This document shows, piece after piece, positions 18,201 to 22,357 of a stretch of 57,029 nt of DNA. A program made the position numbers and the translations under genes. This DNA is from Patescibacteria group bacterium UBA3533. Lineage in GTDB: Bacteria; Patescibacteriota; Minisyncoccia; Phycocordibacterales; Phycocordibacteraceae. The notes beneath the pieces are model-generated. The model did no database searches. It was not told the origin of the DNA and worked only from the letters and a program-made list of their open reading frames with translations. The DNA lies in the NCBI GenBank assembly GCA_002376865.1, contig DFOU01000006.1, positions 30,763-87,791 of the forward strand, read 5' to 3'. Position 1 is the stretch's first letter. Each line of letters begins with the position of its first letter.

Positions 18201-19486
18201 ACATCTAGACCTGAATTTGCACCTGCAAGGATTGTTGTAGGTAAATCAAACCGAGCATACGCATACCCTGTTCCAATCGTATCTCCTGTTGATTCAATCG
18301 CATCCTTATACGTATCTGTAAGTGCATACGTGCTATCAACGAAGCTGTAAATGAAATCTACATACCCGCCAATAATTGCTCTTCCAAGTTTTGGAGAATT
18401 CTCTCGTACAGAACTTCCAATCTTAATGTTTGCCTCAGGAATTGATTGTGCTGAAGTGAGAATAGCTCCTCCTGTGTTATACGGCACAGAAGCAAGAGTG
18501 TTTGCAAGCACAAAACTTCCATCAACAAATCCGTAGACTAGCTCCGCCTGTGCTTTTGGAAGCTCTTGAGCAAGAACAGCAAACGCCCCTAGACCTTCTT
18601 CATATGAGTTCAAAATGTTGGCGCTTGCTGCCTGTGCAATATTCTGCACAGCAAGAGCATTTGAAAGGCTTTCCTTGCCAAGATATTTAACAAACCCCGT
18701 GTACGCATCAACTGACCCATGAGCTGCTACGACAAGCCCTTCTCCAAGCGCCTTATATCCATTCCAAATATCTGTAGAGCTTGGAAGCATCAAACTTCTT
18801 CCTGGAACATACGTAGAAGCGAAACTTTTTTGAACACCAGTGTACTTAAAGCGATTTCCAAAAGACTCTACTTCTGCAAATCCTGTTGCAAAAATATTAT
18901 TGGCCTCAAACTTTATTTCATTAGAAACTTTATTTTGTGCAACTACATAGTTGACCCGAGCCAGTTCTGGGTGACGCTCTGATCGAGCAAGTACTCGATG
19001 CACATCACTTGCCCTCTCATGCACAGCGGAAATCAATTTAAATGGAAGAGAAGAAATTCCTGTTGCCCCAGCCAAAGAGTATCCTCCAAAAACAATTAGA
19101 ACAGTTAGGGCAAGTGCTGCTGCATTTTCAAATGGAAGCTTATCGAAACTTTTTGCAAAAATATTCTTAAAGTCATCTTGAGCCTTAGGGGCTTGAACTT
19201 TCTTATATTCAATTTTTCTTTCCTTAGAGAGAGATTCTCTTTTGATTTCTTTTACGGCTTCTTTAATATCAAAAAATTCAAGTAGAGCTTTTTTCTCAAC
19301 AACCCAAGAGCGTCCAATCCTACTTGCAGGAATTTTTCCTTCTCGAGCAAGTCGACCTACGTAGTCAGAAGTACGCCCGACAATGGACGAAGCTTCTTTT
19401 GTTGAAATAAATTTTTTATGCTCGGCAGACATAGTTCGGAAGAACGATTTCCCTATTATTTTAACCAATATTTTCAATATCGACAC
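6239..19486 (-). CDS. Giant (4,415 aa) membrane-anchored fibre protein: N-terminal HTH, one TM helix, T/N-rich repeats, about 33 GNVGIGTTSP tail-fibre-like repeats, 2 peptidase-S74-like domains and 2 Ig-like (DUF5011-like) domains
   Basis: One uninterrupted 13,248-nt ORF. The annotated start at 19486 is GTG. An in-frame ATG at 19432 (MSAEHKKFISTKEA...) is at least as plausible. Domain calls are listed as separate sub-features. Confidence 0.85.
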   Translation of the reverse strand: MSILKILVKIIGKSFFRTMSAEHKKFISTKEASSIVGRTSDYVGRLAREGKIPASRIGRSWVVEKKALLEFFDIKEAVKEIKRESLSKERKIEYKKVQAPKAQDDFKNIFAKSFDKLPFENAAALALTVLIVFGGYSLAGATGISSLPFKLISAVHERASDVHRVLARSERHPELARVNYVVAQNKVSNEIKFEANNIFATGFAEVESFGNRFKYTGVQKSFASTYVPGRSLMLPSSTDIWNGYKALGEGLVVAAHGSVDAYTGFVKYLGKESLSNALAVQNIAQAASANILNSYEEGLGAFAVLAQELPKAQAELVYGFVDGSFVLANTLASVPYNTGGAILTSAQSIPEANIKIGSSVRENSPKLGRAIIGGYVDFIYSFVDSTYALTDTYKDAIESTGDTIGTGYAYARFDLPTTILAGANSGLDVSTEKVMGMIKFAGERIAANVFVPAVETVMAVPENIGSKLAGVKSPLATNTAEKVEEAQANVIGGVAGGVRDIFDRIFGRKKDPVLLVNPGPAQTNVVIKEDEPAAPVYIAPRNVTQNFFASTDVNKLYVDSSITALHAALSAEIQKLTAVNRNQIVQNIETIQWVNKIEDISGTIIRDGEFLSGIIRNSEITGSTFRGSSVNANTGTFDTLNAATTTLTGPLTIPTLIASGTTTLATTTLTGPLTGTTATLASATTTNFFAINASTTNATSTNLFANNASTTNATSTNFFSNNSVVTNATSTNFYTTALEAITATLTNLTATNATTTNATTTNLTISSLTAGSIPFIGTGGLVVEDNSNLFFDNGNDRLGIGTTTPGYLLDVDGDFRVGEAGSSNALFVDATNAQVGINTNSPGQALGVDGNIATLSSGNFIGFSSNSAYIPRDSALRAGVNAPGSFYFNIDSNNDETTSAFIVAKDSASLAGGTELFRVQEDGSVGIGTTSPYAKLSVVGQAVAEYFTATSTSVASTFPELTSTNATTTGTFSAASGGSQASGLTVLANGYVGINDTTPESPLDVTVSASKPAIFRATTEPRVRLVAGGSNVGLLNGYIGDSFRVYSSSGLPLHIGYNETTQFQFSSGQVDSSVAIIPTSNATYDLGSPAYYWDDAYFDSATINNLSAASTSIAGTNNASFSINSDNATSDGEDASLVFYRGVVVPNAVIGWDASEDRFDFNQNIFIQNDNGSTGTSTLAVRAASSQTGNLFTVQDNNGLELANFDINGYLGLGSSSPSVRLTVGTGTPSSIAAADYYNSAYISGDLEVDGSLYGTIAPAGFTEGSVVFANSSGALAQDNSNFFWNDSTNRLGIGTTTPASALVIEGSGSATHLDVVSSANSGVRIESAGVANYPFLQFAQGSTDQYELGVTATTDAAGGDVFYINPSPNSGATGAALVVDGSGNVGIGTTTPATTVDIYATDAIRIPVGTTAQRPSTELTGQIRYNTNTTQYEGYNGSNWLGLGGVIDIDQDTYVTAEESSDEDYLRLYTAGTERVTIDDSGNVGIGTTSPNYNLSVTGSTGINFEGTGVGAISRFSRGTGTSNAPRPVTEFVANSSVDAADDFGSAIEFQISDTGVTNSQLGAIGFVRDGGDGLGKFFIGQDSQLTDFDFVVDASGNVGVGSTSPDQKFVVQGGNIKLGTNNYSLQGVTTAGAALNLIRFNSSDQLGLYNDNHIFTSAQYLGKDGSASLPSVSFASDPNTGIYTSAGDKLDIALGGTQRAQFGTGGLLNLFVDDARGLSIVNGSTAIGILDRNGTAGELLLRDGSSSKILFSGASGVDNYINNGGSLGIGTTSPDHEIEVVNTSGGAEISIITNAASEAQLIFGDDSSDWMGRILYANASDSLSLYTNASEQVRIDSSGNVGIGTTSPESALHVARDSAADQLRLGRTDDPSYLSIGAGASNAVYNMVGGATVAHQFQEDGSALLTIESSGDVGIGTTSPDTALQVIGTITAGDYGTQGYLEFVDDGGETGQITQAGNTFALTARSDGSGGQFVFNNGSTELVRILSSGNVGIGTTSPTTKLHVDAGTSNNVLTLESSDANADLSLVDNTTTSSGVVGLRAAGDDLFLRAGGASVLTAKDGGNIGIGITDPQNLLHLGGSDAVKIQFTRSNGETSSDGTLLSLASDGQFNLDNQETAGFGWYIGGSNVVTLDSAGEFGIGTESPNAQLAVKASGGGITGGIYLENSANTNQLIQLYQDSSDSAGVLEIQTNAGADAIKLDGNGYSFLSGGNVGIGTTTPGSNLVIADSTEARIDLDITDETSFSQIRFQEDLSNVARIQYNGSSLSTANRQSALELINTSASGAVIVRTDDTERLRVDGSGNVGFGTTTPRRKVHIAENNPAFILEDTSGASAGYKLMRFNYTGGTGDTDSSFNVQSADDIGAFIANLFTVTRDGTVGVNGDNTPDFTLEVSDNHEDGYFGISSNTSNDGDIFIVDNSGNVGIGTSSPVSLFAVEGGAYFANTINSAKSGYLLKHTSGNTGLRYVSPNLQAYNDGNLGWSIDASGNVGIGEAGPGAKLDIVDTATTGTGLIVQKDLAASRFTTNVESQFSIRGNTDDTERLLIGYATDENYGYIEAVDQGGTFNRDLVLNSQGGSVGIGTTTPVHKFVVQGGTISGDAAGHFLAGNGGATVGLIVDGDADSTDVLFKARSNGSATPTDSDTKFIITGDGNVGIGTTSPGYLLDVDGDFNVGEAGNAQAFYVDATAGRVAVGENAHSLTNLDGKGIIITNTAGGATGRLRLDVEDISSGYNTEIRANDTGLEFEAASNSRNISLWTGATPEERLTVLGTGNVGINDSTPDAQLDVVSASTIIAQFEGPSAGGDIRIARGSSYQYDIGLTGSSVFYIEDASGNTPFQIEPATPSNTLYVDSAGYVGIGTSTPTSKLTVTGDIEFGDPSYQTYRLGNTANIGATTYGRFVVQSQQAGTHSSLWMFTNDGDGTDNNKISLFGVGSPADNTNLESLGVGYQASEQAYQIRTSAGGTGVIRPLYLAADSTSNQLYLATTSNVGIGTSSPQSLLHVYKDTATGVSIDVGSDTSYAQFDFKNEDVYKWAVGNLGDTHSAGNNLFYIYQSNDSSDSAVNEYRLVIDDSGNVGIGTTTPNNVLNINGSTSISDGNSLIVGHDYAQTIAYADFGVQVLGTEYSDSGATLGRWSNNAGGTNIAFFKSRGTTVGSNSIVQDGDTIGNFFASVDDGVDYDSVAAGIRFQVDGTPGAGDTPGRIVFLTTADGANTLTERVRIDDAGNVGIGSDSPSATQRLLVEYTPTGTFTEAANTAYNHLTVRGNNNGYAGFTIASPNSGAELGAIAFADEKHASAGLITYSHVTNDLIFYASTTERLYIDGEEGNIGVGDTTPNARLEIEGANRLGATFENATFGEGVLVTQTDYSAGNYISLIEGMYTADYSAPSVRIGAMFDGSGSNLAFGTSNSYSGGITNTALSIDSSGNVGVGTTSPDALLHAEIGGAGDIFKLQRSDVASDFSIDFAGGLTNFAISAGSEYTFSEGGAEHVRIDASGNVGIGTSSPASLLTVSKGGSNGVIQEIFTLDAGTQNLGVAGSGTVIGFDYLTTASAGGVGAYGDGTNPGIGIWGGTISGDPELYVNDAGNVGIGTTSPLGTVHVASAGSGQVSPNNSADDLIIENSAAAGISILTPNTAVGHLFFGDSDNATRGRLSYNHADNDISLWTNSTERLTIDSSGNVGIGETVPETKLEVSGGNILLTNNQSLQFEDTGGANRSLVTLDSSDLQTFGTVNNNATFQGFDVGFNAARSAGGTTDEAFLFTATNNLGVNDEVFQVADGGGNLLTVLGTGNVGIGTASPDSIKLDVEDDIEIGTGTTGCVRDADNTTLTGTCVSDERLKKNIQDLDPVLDRLAQLRGVTFEWRNDEFEWLNGQAGTNYGLIAQEVEAVFPEMVQEDDRGYKRVSYDTAFTTRLLQGIIELDEKLESRIGANGAIAIDALGNIGIGTTTPAYKLHVLGDAAATSFVNISTREEKKGIAYLDEARKDDILSKLKAVQIAEYRYNFESDDNPLRLGLIAEEAPSEVLSVSGKGVDIYKLATFTLASVQEIALKLETLEERIAALEASGVVAGSGGVFSTTTLKSAFAELGVLIEKGFAQFDALAFKQLIAQKDNDGEAAAGTGTIYAGNKLVLVENSQIKASSKVFITFTSPVVGSWFITDKANGSFRVTLDQVQNTDVTFDYFIVQTERDQAPVSDTGVVDTEEPVITIIGANPYYIATGTAYVEPGVTITDNVDQNLTYTLSVDGYSAETHPLDTSVAGEHVLTYKVLDTAGNLTTATRSVVVGADASLTSLNTGTSTEETTATITPAVVEETPVVEEEVVVEEAPVDEIAPVISLVGAAAIEITVGDSFTDEGATAADDIDGDITANIVVTGAVDTENAGLYTLTYTATDIAGNEASVSRIVTVVAVETPEAPVEDVVE
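6290..6514 (-). other. Ig-like domain 2 (DUF5011 / bacterial surface Ig-like) of the giant protein
   Basis: PVISLVGAAAIEITVGDSFTDEGATAADDIDGDITANIVVTGAVDTENAGLYTLTYTATDIAGNEASVSRIVTV matches the remembered consensus (P.I.l.G ... dpGatA.D..dGdlt ... G.Y.vtY.vtD.aGN). Confidence 0.7.
6653..6898 (-). other. Ig-like domain 1 (DUF5011-like) of the giant protein
   Basis: EEPVITIIGANPYYIATGTAYVEPGVTITDNVDQNLTYTLSVDG...HVLTYKVLDTAGNLTTATRSVVV. Confidence 0.65.
7313..7612 (-). other. Second, degenerate peptidase-S74-like (intramolecular chaperone) domain followed by a coiled-coil tail
   Basis: ISTREEKKGIAYLD...LKAVQIAEYRYNFESDDNPLRLGLIAEEAPSEVL...YKLATFTLASVQEIALKLETLEERIAALE parallels domain 1. The SDxRxKxNI entry motif is degraded to STREEKKGI. 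Confidence 0.55.
7724..7999 (-). other. Peptidase S74 / endosialidase-type intramolecular chaperone domain (canonical)
   Basis: SDERLKKNIQDL...LRGVTFEWRNDE...NYGLIAQEVEAVFPEMV...YKRVSYDTAFTTRLLQGIIELDEKLE. The SDxRxKxNI entry, the G(L/F)IAQEVE core and the C-terminal helix are the hallmarks I recall for PF13884. Confidence 0.8.
8000..17098 (-). repeat. Array of about 32 irregularly spaced (about 60-110 aa) repeats anchored on the G-N-V-G-I-G-T-T-S/T-P motif. One more copy lies between the two S74 domains.
   Basis: On the plus strand this shows up as recurring gtaccaatacctacgtttcc-type 20-mers, for example near 8110, 8455, 8730, 8990, 9205, 10255, 12210 and 15020. I counted 33 motif copies in the translation. 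Confidence 0.85.
17177..17596 (-). repeat. Thr/Asn-rich short-repeat segment (TTTLTGPL x2, and TNATSTNFF / NASTTNATSTN units)
   Basis: Residues about 631-770: ...TTTLTGPLTIPTLIASGTTTLATTTLTGPLTGTTATLASATTTNFFAINASTTNATSTNLFANNASTTNATSTNFFSNNSVVTNATSTNFYTT...TNATTTNATTTNLT. Confidence 0.8.
19055..19126 (-). other. Single predicted transmembrane helix of the giant protein
   Basis: NAAALALTVLIVFGGYSLAGATGI is preceded by a Lys-rich segment. The positive-inside rule then places the HTH in the cytoplasm. Confidence 0.65.
19271..19411 (-). other. N-terminal helix-turn-helix (excisionase/MerR-like, HTH_17-type) domain of the giant protein
   Basis: FISTKEASSIVGRTSDYVGRLAREGKIPASRIGRSWVVEKKALLEFF fits the pattern (hydrophobic)-T-x-x-E-A-A-x-x-L-G-V-S-x-x-T-(V/L)-x-x-(W/L)-x-x-x-G-x-(I/L)-P-x-x-x-(I/V)-G-R-x-(W/I/Y)-x-(F/I). 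Confidence 0.7.
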
Positions 19487-19516
19487 GTACTACATGTGGA
19501 TACAAATTATGTAAAA

Positions 19517-19533
19517 TACGTAATTTACGTAGT
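19517..19533. promoter_or_regulatory. TACGTAATTTACGTAGT double-TACGTA motif upstream of the giant gene
   Basis: 31 nt upstream of the GTG start and 85 nt upstream of the ATG start. It matches 15 of 17 positions of TACGTAGTTTACGTAGG at 26346..26362, in the same orientation. Confidence 0.4.
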
Positions 19534-19858
19534 AAGAATATTTGGACGAGAAAAGTATAAAAAGTGTTCAAAAAAATTCTTTTGAAAACAGTTTTTGCAT
19601 GAGAAAATCCTTATCTTTTTCAAAAACAGGTGTGCACAGGCTCTTAAACTGGGCGAGAAGTGTTCTTTTTTTAAAAAGAAAAGTAGCTTTTATAGAAAAA
19701 ATTTAATACTGTCCCCTCTGATCACATTGTTTCTAAACTCATTATTTTGCGACACACAAAATAACCGTTATAGCGAAATTTCTAAAAAACAAGCCATTTA
19801 AATAGATCATGAGAGTCTTCTCATAACTATTTGGATATCTTTTAATTACTTTTTTATA

Positions 19859-19873
19859 TATCCGAGATTTTAT
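19859..19873. repeat. TATCCGAGATTTTAT motif, copy 1
   Basis: Exact 15-mer, repeated at 20065..20079. It lies in the long spacer upstream of the giant gene. Confidence 0.7.
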
Positions 19874-20007
19874 ACTCACTTACACAAAGGGATTACAAGG
19901 ACGGGGCTTACAAAGCACATTTGAAGCTTTCAAAATACCTTTTATATCCATTGCATTTGCCTAACTAATGAAAGTCGATGATGCTGGCCAATCTTCCAAA
20001 ATCTAAA

Positions 20008-20030
20008 AAGAACTCCTTGTGAGAGTTCTT
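20008..20030 (-). terminator. Hairpin terminator candidate downstream of the small HTH-TM gene
   Basis: AAGAACTC-cttgtga-GAGTTCTT (8-bp stem), flanked by an A-run on one side and T-rich sequence on the other. On the minus strand it is followed by CTTTTTAGATTTT. Confidence 0.5.
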
Positions 20031-20064
20031 TCCCTTTATTTAAGCTATATCGCGTGTTTCTCGC

Positions 20065-20079
20065 TATCCGAGATTTTAT
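20065..20079. repeat. TATCCGAGATTTTAT motif, copy 2
   Basis: Exact repeat of 19859..19873. Confidence 0.7.
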
Positions 20080-20102
20080 CGATATATCTTTATTTTATAG
20101 GA

Positions 20103-20122
20103 TATCTCGGTTATCTCGGATA
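20103..20122. repeat. Two tandem inverted copies of the motif core (TATCTCGG and TATCTCGGATA)
   Basis: TATCTCGGATA is the reverse complement of TATCCGAGATA. The pair lies 8-27 nt downstream of the stop codon at 20130. Confidence 0.65.
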
Positions 20123-20129
20123 AACGTTC

Positions 20130-20882
20130 TTACTTTTTAGACTCAAAATGCTGCACTCCCAAAACATAATCTTTAACTCCTTGGTAAGCAGCGGCAACTG
20201 GAGAATCTGTATTGCGTGTGAGCACGTACCCTGTTGTAACCGTAAGAGCACCAACAAAAACTATTGCTAGTGCAGCGGCAACAACAAGCCCTGTCCCCGA
20301 CCAAGATCTCTGTACTGGCAGTGGACTTGGAGCAGGCTGAGCAACCTCTTTCTCTTCAACCTCCTCTTCTACTGAAATCTCTTCCTCTCTAGGAGCTGGT
20401 TCTGACTTTGTAATTGGAACCTGAACCTCTTCAGAAATTTTCTCCTCCTCCACTTCTTTATCTGCTTCACTTAAGAAAACTTCTTCATTCTCTGTAGGAA
20501 CCGCCTTCTGTGCCTTATACCAATCCTGCCAAGCGTTCTGCATCTCACTGAGAGCGTTCTCTTCGACAGGTGCTTCTTCCGCCATAGGCACCTCTTCTAC
20601 TGCTGGAGCTTCTGCCTCTTCCAGAACTTCTTCGGTATTACTTACAAGCACCTCAAGCTGTGGAGCTGGCGCCTCCTTCTCTTCTTTTACTGAAACCTGT
20701 GCTTCCCCAAACTTATGCTTCTTTATTGAAACCTCATCTATATACCAATTGCGCCCTACTAATTGAGCGTCAATCTTCCCTCCTCGAGCAAGCTGCCCGA
20801 CGTAATCTGTTGTATATCCTGTAATCTCTGCTGCACGTTTTGTTGATAGGTACGTACGACCATTAAGTGTTAGCTCTTTCAT
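20130..20882 (-). CDS. Small HTH / acidic linker / TM protein, paralogous to the N-terminal module of the giant protein
   Basis: YLSTKRAAEITGYTTDYVGQLARGGKIDAQLVGRNWYIDEVSIKKHKF shares 21 of the first 37 aligned residues with the giant protein's HTH. It is followed by a Glu/Pro/Val-rich linker and the TM helix GLVVAAALAIVFVGALTVTTGYVL. The start is set at ATG 20882 because the longer ORF (to 20918) would run through the hairpin at 20895..20916. Confidence 0.75.
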   Translation of the reverse strand: MKELTLNGRTYLSTKRAAEITGYTTDYVGQLARGGKIDAQLVGRNWYIDEVSIKKHKFGEAQVSVKEEKEAPAPQLEVLVSNTEEVLEEAEAPAVEEVPMAEEAPVEENALSEMQNAWQDWYKAQKAVPTENEEVFLSEADKEVEEEKISEEVQVPITKSEPAPREEEISVEEEVEEKEVAQPAPSPLPVQRSWSGTGLVVAAALAIVFVGALTVTTGYVLTRNTDSPVAAAYQGVKDYVLGVQHFESKK

Positions 20883-20894
20883 GCATACAGTATA

Positions 20895-20916
20895 GCCGAG
20901 ACCCACGAGTCTCGGC
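20895..20916 (-). terminator. Hairpin GCCGAGAC-ccacga-GTCTCGGC between gatB and the HTH-TM gene
   Basis: 8-bp GC-rich stem located 29 nt after the gatB stop codon. The trailing sequence is only weakly T-rich, so it may instead be an attenuator or an RNA-processing element. Confidence 0.4.
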
Positions 20917-20944
20917 AAGAAGAAGTTCGAGATAACCTTATTTT

Positions 20945-22357
20945 CTAACGTATCTCGTTTAAAATAGCCTCCTTTAGAATTCCTGGATTTGCTGCACCCT
21001 GAGTCTTCTTCATACCCTGCCCAACCAAGAATTGGAGCGATGCCTCCTTTCCATTTTTATACTCTTCTACAACACTTTTATTCTCAGAAATAATCTCAAG
21101 CACAACTTCCTTAAGCGCTCCTGCATCTTGAACCTGGAAAAGATTTTTCTCCTGTGCAATTTTCTCGGGGTCTCCCCCCTCTTCTAAAAGAATTCTCAAA
21201 ATGTCTTTTGCTCCACGAGAAGAAACTTTGTCTGCACACACCATCTCAATAAGAGAAGCGAATGCTTCGGGAGTTAGAGTTTCAAACTCCACTTTGTCTG
21301 AGTGCTCATTGTAATACCCTGCAATATCAGAAGTTAGATAATTAACCGCTCGCTTAATTTTCTCTGGAGCCTGGAGTTTCTCTATGACAGCGTCAAAGAA
21401 TCTTGCGCGCTCAAGAGAAGCCACAAGATCAGTAACGTCTTCAGGCTTCATGCCAAGATCTTCATAACGCTTTCGCTTCTCGGACGGAAGCTCTGGAAGA
21501 CTCTTCTTCAAAACCTCTTCCTCTAATTCAGGAATTTCTGAAAGCTGAAGCTTTGGAAGGTCTGGCTCTGGGAAGTACCGATACTCTGCAGCACCTTCTT
21601 TAATACGCTGTCCGAATGTCTCCTGCTTTGCCTCATCCCAACCTCGAGTCTGCTGCACTATCTCTCCTCCCTCTTCAAGAACTTTCTCATGTCTCTTTAA
21701 CTCATACGCAATAGCTCGTTCAACAGATCTAAATGAGTTTAGATTTTTAACCTCAACTTTTGTACCAAATTCTTCTGTGTCACTTATTGAAATGTTTGCC
21801 TCAATACGCATCTCCCCTTTTTCAAGATTGGCATCTGAAACACCAAGAGTCCGAAGCAGCAACTGTAGTTCTCGAGCAAATGCGCTCGCCTGTTCTGCAC
21901 TATGAATTACAGGCTCTGTAACAAGCTCCATAAGAGGAATTCCTGCACGATTAAAATCTACAAGAGACTCGTCCCCCTTATGAGTTGAACGAGCAGTATC
22001 CTCCTCAAGATGCACACGAGTAATTTCTACATTATTTAAAGTTCCTCCACTTACAAGTGGAAACTTGTACTGACTAATCTGATACCCCTTTGGAATGTCC
22101 GGATAAAAATAATTCTTCCGATCAAATTCAGTAAAGTCTGCAATCTTTCCACCGAGCGCAACACCAACTTTACACACATGCTCAACTGCCTTTTTATTAA
22201 TAACTGGAAGAGTTCCAGGATGACTCATACAAATAGGACACACGTGAGTATTTGGCTCACGCTCATTTGGATCATTCTTGGAGTCACAGAACATCTTTGT
22301 GTTCGTCTTGAGCTCAGCATGAATCTCTAGTCCTATTGTTGCTTTATACTTCGACAT
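20945..22357 (-). CDS. gatB: Asp-tRNA(Asn)/Glu-tRNA(Gln) amidotransferase subunit B
   Basis: N-terminus YKATIGLEIHAELKT, plus CPICMSHPGTLPV, FDRKNYFYPD and a C-terminal GatB/YqeY tail. Confidence 0.95.
   Translation of the reverse strand: MSKYKATIGLEIHAELKTNTKMFCDSKNDPNEREPNTHVCPICMSHPGTLPVINKKAVEHVCKVGVALGGKIADFTEFDRKNYFYPDIPKGYQISQYKFPLVSGGTLNNVEITRVHLEEDTARSTHKGDESLVDFNRAGIPLMELVTEPVIHSAEQASAFARELQLLLRTLGVSDANLEKGEMRIEANISISDTEEFGTKVEVKNLNSFRSVERAIAYELKRHEKVLEEGGEIVQQTRGWDEAKQETFGQRIKEGAAEYRYFPEPDLPKLQLSEIPELEEEVLKKSLPELPSEKRKRYEDLGMKPEDVTDLVASLERARFFDAVIEKLQAPEKIKRAVNYLTSDIAGYYNEHSDKVEFETLTPEAFASLIEMVCADKVSSRGAKDILRILLEEGGDPEKIAQEKNLFQVQDAGALKEVVLEIISENKSVVEEYKNGKEASLQFLVGQGMKKTQGAANPGILKEAILNEIR

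Noticed and set aside
6372-18982. Dozens of 60-155-aa plus-strand ORFs inside the giant gene (for example 6372..6788, 7401..7868, 16371..16829, 17322..17714)
   Set aside because: All are antisense to one continuous 4,415-codon frame that carries recognisable domains. Their products are low-complexity S/T/P/V-rich mirror images of the repeats. They are expected by-products of repetitive, stop-poor sequence.
19595-19801. 68-aa plus-strand ORF in the long spacer upstream of the giant gene
   Set aside because: It is an AT-rich, low-complexity (K/F/L/S) translation with no RBS or terminator. It is more likely regulatory spacer DNA.
6239-20918. Prophage or mobile-element interpretation (tail-fibre repeats, S74 domains, excisionase-like HTH)
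   Set aside because: I recognised no integrase, terminase, portal, capsid, tail-tube or lysis genes, and no flanking direct repeats or att-like duplication at the tRNA. The flanks are housekeeping genes in the same orientation. The HTH is fused to membrane proteins and is not a free Xis.
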